A stretch of DNA of 30,726 nucleotides from a virus (Duplodnaviria > Caudoviricetes), in IMG/VR virus record IMGVR_UViG_3300011335_000067, positions 1-30,726 of that record, one strand, 5' to 3'. This document shows, in pieces, positions 1 to 6,804 of the stretch. The position numbers and the translations under genes were made by a program. The notes below the pieces were generated by a model. That model saw nothing but the letters and a program-made list of their open reading frames with translations, was not told the origin of the DNA and made no database searches. Numbering within the stretch: the stretch's first letter is position 1; each line of letters starts with the position of its first letter.

Positions 1-51
1 TTCAAACTCACATCCATCAAGTTGCCCATCAGTTGTAATAGTTACTAGCAT
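1..51 (-). CDS. 5' end of a leftward hypothetical (probably early) gene, truncated by the window edge
   Basis: Minus strand reads GGAG-taagaa-ATG (ATG at 51-49) and stays open to base 1: MLVTITTDGQLDGCEFE... Confidence 0.6.
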   Translation of the reverse strand, partial: MLVTITTDGQLDGCEFE

Positions 52-91
52 TTCTTACTCCAAAGGTTAATTCGCCCACAACACACTTTGC

Positions 92-294
92 GCTGCGTGG
101 CAAAGTCAGGGAATCGCTGGGAGGCTCCATAGTCAAGGATTAGAAAACTGTAGATGTCGCTTACGGGTGCATAACAACCAACCACAGACAAAGAACGGAA
201 GTAGCAGAAGAGAGATACAAAAGCTACTAGCGATATCTGAGACAGTTTTCCCTTGACTTTGGAGGTCAGCGATACCATGATCTTTTCACGTAGC
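92..294 (+). promoter_or_regulatory. ~200-nt imperfect fold-back with sigma70 -35/-10 on its 3' arm (Frpo/ssi-like ssDNA promoter candidate, or long-rod ncRNA)
   Basis: Hand-paired nested stems: 92-100/286-294, 102-111/275-285 (imperfect), 113-119/267-273, 125-138/251-264, 143-151/242-250, 152-161/229-238, 200-205/223-228. TTGACT at 253-258, 17-nt spacer, CATGAT at 276-281. Confidence 0.6.
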
Positions 295-303
295 CCTTAA
301 GGA

Positions 304-422
304 GGCCGACAGACATTAGGGAAATAATGATGCCCCAGCCCCCGACGGAGTGCAGGCCGCTTGCGGACTGCCCCGACAAGACGGGGGAGAGATAACCTAC
401 AACCCTAATGACTGGGGCCGAC
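304..422 (+). ncRNA. GC-rich structured element able to form a pseudoknot (unassigned RNA or ssDNA motif)
   Basis: CATTAGGG 314-321/CCCTAATG 403-410 crosses GCCCCAG 332-338/CTGGGGC 412-418. CCCCCG 339-344 pairs with CGGGGG 382-387. Inner hairpin 352-371 has a G-CUUG-C tetraloop. Confidence 0.4.
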
Positions 423-626
423 GTGAAGCCGGTCTATGCCAACGCCAACCAAGTCTCAGTTGGAGAGAAGGGAGGCTAGCCAGCTCGTCATAGAGCCACG
501 ATGTAGGTTCACATAGGGGTGTGTATCAAACAACATCTATCGTTGAAGTATGGGCTGTTTAAATGCGTTGTAGAGCCATCAGTGGTGTATAAGTGAGATG
601 CTTGTTAACACTGGTGTGTGTAAGGA

Positions 627-639
627 TAAGTTATTGATG
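627..639 (-). promoter_or_regulatory. IHF-like binding site
   Basis: TAAGTTATTGATG is the reverse complement of WATCAA-N4-TTR with one terminal mismatch. Confidence 0.45.
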
Positions 640-687
640 TGTAAAGGGTGGTTATAAACACAGTATCAATTACATACATTGACACCC

Positions 688-707
688 TGTGGATAAGCTG
701 TGGATAA
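688..707 (-). promoter_or_regulatory. Two tandem consensus DnaA boxes
   Basis: TGTGGATAA at 688-696 and 699-707 (TTATCCACA on the minus strand), 11-bp period. Confidence 0.7.
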
Positions 708-715
708 GTATTTAG

Positions 716-731
716 CTGTACATATACACAG
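716..731. promoter_or_regulatory. LexA (SOS) box
   Basis: CTGTacatatacACAG matches CTGT-N8-ACAG. Confidence 0.7.
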
Positions 732-939
732 TATTAGAGGTGTAGCTAGAGCTTGTTTACCAGGGTTGTAGCTGTAGTAGTAGGTAGGTAGGGGGGCAAT
801 ATATTTATTTATATAAATTACATCTTAAGCAATGTAACGATTGCTATATATTTATAAACAAAGGGGGGATAGCTATAGATGTTGTTAGCTACTGTTTGAT
901 GTAGATGTTACTAAGAACATAGATAGCTATATATAACTA

Positions 940-962
940 CTCTTACCCCTAAAGGGTAAGAG
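940..962. repeat. 9-bp perfect inverted repeat in an AT-rich palindromic tract
   Basis: CTCTTACCC-ctaaa-GGGTAAGAG, flanked by several (T)AGCTATA copies (~870, ~924, ~961-973). Confidence 0.6.
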
Positions 963-1042
963 CTATAGCTATAAGCACACTACTTTATAGAAGAACTATA
1001 TGTTATATATAAAGGGTAACACACAGTTCAGAAAGAACACAA

Positions 1043-1062
1043 TACTGTATGTCTATACAGTA
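1043..1062. promoter_or_regulatory. Near-consensus LexA (SOS) box
   Basis: TACTGTATGTCTATACAGTA matches consensus TACTGTATATATATACAGTA at 18 of 20 positions. Confidence 0.8.
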
Positions 1063-1126
1063 GTTCTCTGTCTTTCTCCTCTCAGCTTCAATAAAATTAT
1101 TTTTCCTTGAGTCACGTAAGTGACAG

Positions 1127-1154
1127 TTGCTCTGTTGTACAGAAGTGATATAGT
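1127..1154 (+). promoter_or_regulatory. sigma70-type extended -10 promoter for the rightward operon
   Basis: TTGCTC-16 nt-TATAGT with a TG at the extended -10 position (TGaTATAGT 1146-1154), about 105 nt before the first ORF. Confidence 0.5.
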
Positions 1155-1258
1155 CTGCTGCGTAAGGAAAGCACGGATGCTATGTGAACTGCGTAGCGGA
1201 ACACTAGTGCAGAGCGAGTACTTACATCCTAATATTTATTTTTCTTAAGGACAAAATC

Positions 1259-1402
1259 ATGATGATGAAGAAACCTATGCCAGCTAAAAAAATGGCTATG
1301 TCTAAGATGTCTAGCAAGGCTGAAGACAAAAAAGAGATGATGAAAATGATGAAAGACAAGATGTCTAAGGCTAAAAAGAAGCCTATGTCTGGTTATAAAT
1401 AA
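1259..1402 (+). CDS. 47-aa Lys/Met-rich basic microprotein (not in ORF track)
   Basis: TAAGGA RBS at 1246-1251. Translates to MMMKKPMPAKKMAMSKMSSKAEDKKEMMKMMKDKMSKAKKKPMSGYK. Confidence 0.75.
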   Translation: MMMKKPMPAKKMAMSKMSSKAEDKKEMMKMMKDKMSKAKKKPMSGYK

Positions 1403-1414
1403 GCAGGTCAACTT

Positions 1415-1669
1415 ATGGCTAAATCCCCTGCTTGGCAACGCAAAGAGGGTAAGAGTCCTTCTGGTGGCTTAAATGCCAAAGGAAGGGCTTCGTATAACGC
1501 AGCTAATCCAGGTAAACCTGGACTTAAAGCTCCGCAACCTGAAGGTGGTTCTAGAAAAGATTCTTTCTGTGCTCGTATGACAGGAATGAAGAAGAAACTT
1601 ACAGGTACAGCTAAAGCTAAAGATCCAGATTCTCGGATTAATAAGTCTTTAAAGAAGTGGAAGTGTTGA
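1415..1669 (+). CDS. 84-aa basic phage protein (DUF6321-like, from memory)
   Basis: GGLNAKGRASY...RKDSFCARM...SLKKWKC motifs; tight packing with its neighbours. Confidence 0.85.
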   Translation: MAKSPAWQRKEGKSPSGGLNAKGRASYNAANPGKPGLKAPQPEGGSRKDSFCARMTGMKKKLTGTAKAKDPDSRINKSLKKWKC

Positions 1670-1670
1670 T

Positions 1671-1859
1671 ATGGCTACTAAAGCTAAATCTACAGTAAAC
1701 GCTGCTGGTAATTACACTAAGTCAACTCTTCGTAAGAGGATAGTTGCTCAAGTAAAAGCTTCAGCTACACAAGGTACTTCTGCTGGGCAGTGGTCTGCTC
1801 GTAAAGCACAGCTTGTAGCTAAAAAATACAAAGCATCAGGTGGAGGTTATAAATCATGA
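1671..1859 (+). CDS. 62-aa basic protein (DUF5872-like N-terminal part, from memory)
   Basis: GQWSARKAQLVAKKYKASGGGY motif; starts 1 nt after the previous stop. Confidence 0.85.
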   Translation: MATKAKSTVNAAGNYTKSTLRKRIVAQVKASATQGTSAGQWSARKAQLVAKKYKASGGGYKS

Positions 1860-2002
1860 GTAAGAATCAAACACACTATCTACCCAGTGGTAAGGTGTAT
1901 AAAGGTGAAACACACAAATCAGGTTCTGTTTTGATGACAGGAGCAAAGCATTCTCCTACTAGCAAGGTGTTATCCCATACACCACCCAAGAAGAAGAAAT
2001 GA
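1856..2002 (+). CDS. 48-aa His/Lys-rich microprotein (not in ORF track)
   Basis: ATGA overlaps at both ends, GGAGG upstream. Translates to MSKNQTHYLPSGKVYKGETHKSGSVLMTGAKHSPTSKVLSHTPPKKKK. Confidence 0.75.
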   Translation: MSKNQTHYLPSGKVYKGETHKSGSVLMTGAKHSPTSKVLSHTPPKKKK

Positions 2003-2232
2003 AAGCTTCACAAAAGTCCTTAAAAGATTGGACTGAACAAAAGTGGCGTACCAAATCAGGGAAGCCATCGTCTAAAACAGGTGAACGCTACCTACCAGAG
2101 GCTGCTATCAAGTCTTTAAGCTCTGCTGAATACGCTGCAACAACTAAAGCTAAGCGAGAAGGTAAGAAAAAAGGTAAGCAATTTGTAGCTCAACCTAAAA
2201 AAATTGCAGATAAGACCTCAAAGTATCGTTAA
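1999..2232 (+). CDS. 77-aa basic protein (DUF5872-like C-terminal part, from memory)
   Basis: QKSLKDWTEQKWRTKSG...RYLPEAA...KGKQFVAQP motifs. Confidence 0.85.
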   Translation: MKASQKSLKDWTEQKWRTKSGKPSSKTGERYLPEAAIKSLSSAEYAATTKAKREGKKKGKQFVAQPKKIADKTSKYR

Positions 2233-2249
2233 CCCTACTGGAGAAACTT

Positions 2250-2429
2250 GTGGCTACTAAAAATTGGATAGCTAGTGCTATTAAAAAGCCAGGTGCTCTG
2301 CATAAATCTCTTGGTGTTAAGAAGGGTGAGACTATCCCTGCTGCCAAACTAGAAGCTGCTTCTAAAAAACCTGGAAAGATGGGACAACGTGCTCGTCTTG
2401 CTAAAACCCTTAAGAAAATGGCTAAGTAA
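2250..2429 (+). CDS. 59-aa basic protein, GTG start (not in ORF track)
   Basis: GGAG RBS at 2240-2243. Translates to MATKNWIASAIKKPGALHKSLGVKKGETIPAAKLEAASKKPGKMGQRARLAKTLKKMAK. Confidence 0.8.
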   Translation: MATKNWIASAIKKPGALHKSLGVKKGETIPAAKLEAASKKPGKMGQRARLAKTLKKMAK

Positions 2430-2430
2430 T

Positions 2431-2970
2431 ATGCGTAGAAAAGACTCTCATGATCGCAGATATAAGAAGTCTGTATGGACACAGAACCAAAAACTGGAAG
2501 CTGTGAGTACATATCTTATGCTTGGCAATATGGCAGAGACAGCTATTGTTACTGGTATACCCCACCAGACTTTAAAAGTTTGGAAAACTGCTGATTGGTT
2601 TAAGGAGTTTGCTCTTCAACTTAAAACTGAAGATGTTCAGCAGATGGACTCCAACATGAAGAGGATCATCAACAAAGCTCTTAAAGCTACAGAGGATCGT
2701 ATTGATTTTGGTGATGCTCAGTTTGACCAAAGGACTGGTGAAATTATTAAAGTACCTATCAAAGCTCATGTAGCCTTAAAGATCAGTACAGAGTTATTGG
2801 CTAAACAACAGAAGCTAGATGAGAAGCCAATTAAAGAAGAAGTAGAACGGACAATTGATGATAGGTTACTTAGGTTGTCAGAAGAGTTTGCTAAGTTTGC
2901 TAGTTCCCATAAGATTACTGTCTTAGATAAAGCTAAAACTATTGATGTGCAAACTGTTGAGATTAAATAG
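2431..2970 (+). CDS. terS: Putative terminase small subunit (HTH)
   Basis: HTH-like segment (QKLEAVSTYLMLGNMAETAIVTGIPHQTLKVWK) followed by helical segments, just upstream of TerL. ATG 2431 is preferred to 2389 because it follows the previous stop. Confidence 0.7.
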   Translation: MRRKDSHDRRYKKSVWTQNQKLEAVSTYLMLGNMAETAIVTGIPHQTLKVWKTADWFKEFALQLKTEDVQQMDSNMKRIINKALKATEDRIDFGDAQFDQRTGEIIKVPIKAHVALKISTELLAKQQKLDEKPIKEEVERTIDDRLLRLSEEFAKFASSHKITVLDKAKTIDVQTVEIK

Positions 2971-3141
2971 ATGTTCTACATTAGACCTAGTGGAAGGATA
3001 ATTAAAAATGGATTTAATTTCTACCCTATTAATGATAGGAACTCTTCCTTTGGGTTTGTATTTAGACTATTTAGTTTTCGTTTATATTTTAGATACTCTT
3101 TCAAACAAAAACGCTTCTTCTTTCAAACTGGTTCATTCTGA
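2971..3141 (+). CDS. 56-aa Phe/Arg-rich hypothetical protein (not in ORF track)
   Basis: ATG immediately after the terS stop; stop 3 nt before terL; fills the gap exactly. Confidence 0.55.
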   Translation: MFYIRPSGRIIKNGFNFYPINDRNSSFGFVFRLFSFRLYFRYSFKQKRFFFQTGSF

Positions 3142-3144
3142 TAT

Positions 3145-4659
3145 ATGAGCAAGCTTAATGCAGATGTTATGGAGGGTTTTGTCAACTCTGTGTTGAGGAA
3201 GAACTTTGATAAACCTGCTGCTACCCCAGACTTTCATAAAGAAATATGGGAACTTGTTACTAGTAACGCCAAACAAATAGCCATAGCTGCTCCTCGTTAT
3301 CATGCCAAGAGTACGGCTGTTACCCATGCTTACACCCTAGCCTCAGTGCTGTTTAGGGAATCTAGGTACGTCTTAATTGTCTCAGATACTGTTACACAAG
3401 CTGTACAGTTCTTAGGAGATATTAAGAAAGAATTGTTAGACAACGATGATTTACGATCATTGTTCTCTGTCAGTTCTTTTCCCAAAGATACTGAGGATGA
3501 TCTAATAGTAGAGATGGAAGATGGGCATACCTTTCGTATCCAGGCTAAAGGCTCTGAGCAAAAACTACGGGGTTTAAAGTGGGCTAACTTGCGTCCTGAT
3601 CTAGTCATTGGTGATGACATGGAAAATGATGAGATTGTTATGAACAAGGACAGACGCATGAAGTTCAAGCGTTGGTTCTATGGTGCTCTTATCCCCTGTA
3701 TATCCTCTACTGGTAAGATTAGGATAGTCGGTACTATCTTGCATCTAGATAGTCTTTTAGAAAATCTAATGCCATCTTCTTTGTTGAGTTCCCATCGGGG
3801 AGTTAAAAGTCTTATCAGAGAAGATTTAAAAGAATACTCTTTGAATAAACTTCCTTGGAAGTCAGTTAAATATCGCGCCCACACAGATGACTTTAAAACT
3901 CTTTTATGGCCTGAGATGAAAACTGCTGAAGAGTTTAGGCTTCAAAAGGATGATTATGTTAGGCAAGGTCTAGCAGACGTTTACTCCCAAGAGATGTTAA
4001 ACATTCCTTTGGATATAACTGATACCTTCTTTAAGAAGTCTGACTTTGCACCCATGAATGTAGAAGACAAAAAGAAACATTTAATATACTATGCGACTTG
4101 TGATCTAGCTGTATCTCAATCCCAAAGAGCAGATTATTCTGCTTTTACTGTTGGTGGTATGGATGATGAAGGTAGGTTGTACGGCATACACGTTGTAAAA
4201 GAACGGATGGATGCTTTAGAGATTGTCGATACAATCTTAATGATCCAAAAGATTTATAAGCCCGTACTCTTTGGATTTGAGCAGGGTACTATTCAAAAAG
4301 CAATTGGCCCACACCTCAATGTAGAAATGCTTAAGCGTGGTGAGTTTGTTAACATTGTCTTACTTAAACCAAGCGGTGACAAACTTACTAGAGCTAGAAG
4401 CATTCAAGCACGTATGAGGAGTGGGGCTTGCAAATTCGATAAGGATGCTGAGTGGTATCAAAACTTTGAAGATGAGCTTTTAAGATTTCCTAGAGATAAA
4501 CACGATGATCAAGTAGATGCTTGGGCTTACTTGGGATTGATGCTCGATAGGATGTGGGAAGCACCAACTGAAGAAGAACTTGAAGAAGAAGAGTACGAGG
4601 CTTATATTAAAGATAACAACTGGAATGATGAAGGTCGTTCTATTACTTGCGGGTACTAA
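3145..4659 (+). CDS. terL: Terminase large subunit
   Basis: Walker A-type IAAPRYHAKST, Walker B DLVIGDDME, coupling motif VGT, RNase H-fold nuclease residues (ATCDLA, HDDQVDA). Confidence 0.95.
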   Translation: MSKLNADVMEGFVNSVLRKNFDKPAATPDFHKEIWELVTSNAKQIAIAAPRYHAKSTAVTHAYTLASVLFRESRYVLIVSDTVTQAVQFLGDIKKELLDNDDLRSLFSVSSFPKDTEDDLIVEMEDGHTFRIQAKGSEQKLRGLKWANLRPDLVIGDDMENDEIVMNKDRRMKFKRWFYGALIPCISSTGKIRIVGTILHLDSLLENLMPSSLLSSHRGVKSLIREDLKEYSLNKLPWKSVKYRAHTDDFKTLLWPEMKTAEEFRLQKDDYVRQGLADVYSQEMLNIPLDITDTFFKKSDFAPMNVEDKKKHLIYYATCDLAVSQSQRADYSAFTVGGMDDEGRLYGIHVVKERMDALEIVDTILMIQKIYKPVLFGFEQGTIQKAIGPHLNVEMLKRGEFVNIVLLKPSGDKLTRARSIQARMRSGACKFDKDAEWYQNFEDELLRFPRDKHDDQVDAWAYLGLMLDRMWEAPTEEELEEEEYEAYIKDNNWNDEGRSITCGY

Positions 4660-4664
4660 AGAAT

Positions 4665-6785
4665 ATGAAGCTCAAAGATAAATTTAAGGTTAGTGACCTT
4701 GTATACGAGGCTAATATTGCTAGTCTTTTATGTAAAGAAGACCTAGCAACAATTGGAACTTGTATTGTCAAAGACTTTGATAATGATGTTCAATCTCGTA
4801 GTGCTTGGGAAAAACGCACAGAGACCTCCCTCAAACTTGCCTTACAAGTTGCAGAGACTAAAAACTTTCCTTGGCCTAATGCAAGCAACATTAAGTTCCC
4901 ACTTATAACTATTGCTGCACTGCAATATCATGCTCGTAGTTATCCTGTCTTAGTAGATGGAAACCTTCCTGTAAAGTGTCGTGTTGTTGGTGATGATAGA
5001 GATGGTACTCGTGCTCTACGATCTACCCGTATTGAACAACACATGAGTTACCAACTCCTTGAAGAAGACGAGGATTGGGAATCTGAAATGGACAAGGTTC
5101 TTATTACACAACCTATTGTTGGTTGTGCTTTTAAGAAAAGCTATTACGATCCTATTCGCAAACACAACATCTCTGAGAATGTTTTAGCTAAAGACTTGGT
5201 TGTTAATTACTGGACTAAAAGTTTAGAAACAGCCCACCGTGTTACCCATGTTCTTCAGATGACTAAGAACGAAATCTATGAACGTGTAGTTCGTGGATTA
5301 TGGTTAGAAGCAGTAGAGGGTCAACCTCAACAGTATTCTGGTTCAAGCATGGGCAATGGTCTTCAAAGTGCTCAAGACAAAGCACAAGGAACGAGTCCAC
5401 CAGATGTAAATGATTCAAGTACCCCAGTTGAAATACTTGAACAGCATTGTCATATTGACTTTGATGACGATGGTTATGCAGAACCTTACATTGTTTATGT
5501 ACGTAGAGACAATAAAGAAGTTGCTCGTATCGTAGCTCGTTATACCCTTGAAGACATAGAGCGTAATAAAGATGAAGTTATTCTTAGCATCAAGGCAGAA
5601 CAATACTTTACTAAGTATCCTTTTGTTCCCTCTCCTGATGGTGGCTTCTACGATCTTGGTTTTGGTGTTCTTCTTGGCCCTCTTAACGAATCTATTAATA
5701 CCATTGTCAACCAACTGGTTGATTCAGGTACTATGGCTAATACTGCTGGTGGTTTTCTTAGCCGTGGGATTAAGTTACGTGGTGGTAATTACACCTTTAA
5801 TCCAATGGAATGGAAACATGTTGATACCACTGGAGATGACTTACGTAAAGGTATAGTTCCACTACCAGTACGTGAACCATCCCAAGTATTGTTTACTTTG
5901 TTGAACTTACTAATTAACTATGGTGAACGTATTGGTGGTGCTGTTGATATTATGACGGGACAAAATCCTGGACAAAATACTCCTGCTGAGACTACTCGTA
6001 CTATGGCAGAGCAGGGCATGAAGATATTTAACGGTATCTTTAAACGTACTCACCGTAGTCTTAAACAAGAGTTTCGCAAACTGTATCGTTTGAATCAAAT
6101 CTTTATTAGTGAGAATACGCAATACGTTTCTAATGCACAGAGTCAGGGTATTATTCTAGCTACGGACTACGATGGCCCAGTAACAGACGTTATGCCTACT
6201 GCTGATCCAAGCATTACTTCTGATGCACAGCGTATACAACAAGCTGCTGCCATTGCTCAACGAGTAGCTGCAAGTCCTGACTTATACAATCGCTATGAGG
6301 CTGAATATGGTTTCCTCAAAGCAATGAAGGTCATGAATATTGATAAGCTTTTGCCTGATCCTAAAGGCCCGAATGCTATTCAACCACAACCAAATATTAA
6401 GATTCAAATTGAAGAGATGAAAATCAGAAGCAAACAAGTTGAATCTGAATTAGCTATGAAGATGGGTTTACTTAAACTTATGACTGAAGCAGAACTTAAT
6501 CAAGCTAAGATTAAAAAGCTTGAAGCAGAAGCTGAAGTACTTAAGATTGGTGTCTTGCATCAAGGAGAAAAACTTCGTATACAAGAGATTAATACACAAA
6601 TTGGATTACAGCGTGAACGTCGAGAAGGTATTTTAAATTCTATCGACATAATGAATAAGGTTTACTCATCTATGATGGGTAGTCAACCGCAAGAGCAACA
6701 GCAACTTCAAATACCTATGGATACAGGCATGAACACAGGCATGGATATGGGTATGGGGATGCAGGAGCAAGTACCACAAATGTAA
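4665..6785 (+). CDS. Portal protein
   Basis: ~706 aa directly after terL, with FPWPNASNIKFP near the N-terminus, a C-terminal coiled coil and a Q/M/G-rich tail. ATG 4665 is preferred to TTG 4647. Confidence 0.88.
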   Translation: MKLKDKFKVSDLVYEANIASLLCKEDLATIGTCIVKDFDNDVQSRSAWEKRTETSLKLALQVAETKNFPWPNASNIKFPLITIAALQYHARSYPVLVDGNLPVKCRVVGDDRDGTRALRSTRIEQHMSYQLLEEDEDWESEMDKVLITQPIVGCAFKKSYYDPIRKHNISENVLAKDLVVNYWTKSLETAHRVTHVLQMTKNEIYERVVRGLWLEAVEGQPQQYSGSSMGNGLQSAQDKAQGTSPPDVNDSSTPVEILEQHCHIDFDDDGYAEPYIVYVRRDNKEVARIVARYTLEDIERNKDEVILSIKAEQYFTKYPFVPSPDGGFYDLGFGVLLGPLNESINTIVNQLVDSGTMANTAGGFLSRGIKLRGGNYTFNPMEWKHVDTTGDDLRKGIVPLPVREPSQVLFTLLNLLINYGERIGGAVDIMTGQNPGQNTPAETTRTMAEQGMKIFNGIFKRTHRSLKQEFRKLYRLNQIFISENTQYVSNAQSQGIILATDYDGPVTDVMPTADPSITSDAQRIQQAAAIAQRVAASPDLYNRYEAEYGFLKAMKVMNIDKLLPDPKGPNAIQPQPNIKIQIEEMKIRSKQVESELAMKMGLLKLMTEAELNQAKIKKLEAEAEVLKIGVLHQGEKLRIQEINTQIGLQRERREGILNSIDIMNKVYSSMMGSQPQEQQQLQIPMDTGMNTGMDMGMGMQEQVPQM

Positions 6786-6804
6786 ACTTTAACAAGGAGT
6801 AAAA

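Noticed and set aside
45-278. 77-aa minus-strand ORF
   Set aside because: It coincides with the long hairpin, has no RBS or protein-like features, and overlaps the better-supported start at 51.
304-422. HDV/theta-type ribozyme
   Set aside because: The helix order is superficially similar, but there is no P4/P1.1 and the third helix is 15 nt away from the P1 3' strand.
679-710. Promoter from TTGACA at 679-684
   Set aside because: No acceptable -10 at 16-18 nt spacing; the DnaA boxes occupy that position.
765-1020. CRISPR array or iteron set
   Set aside because: Repeats are short, degenerate and irregularly spaced, with no repeat-spacer pattern.
1229-1438. His/Phe-rich minus-strand ORF
   Set aside because: It is the antisense shadow of the ATG/AAG-rich plus-strand microprotein.
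3286-3315. Inactive terminase because Walker A reads PRYHAKST
   Set aside because: The catalytic K-S/T, Walker B and nuclease acidic residues are intact, so this is likely a tolerated variant.
6717-6763. GroEL-like Gly-Met tail on the portal (MDTGMNTGMDMGMGM)
   Set aside because: Low-complexity Q/M/G tails are common on portals, so the proximity to groES is not evidence of a link.
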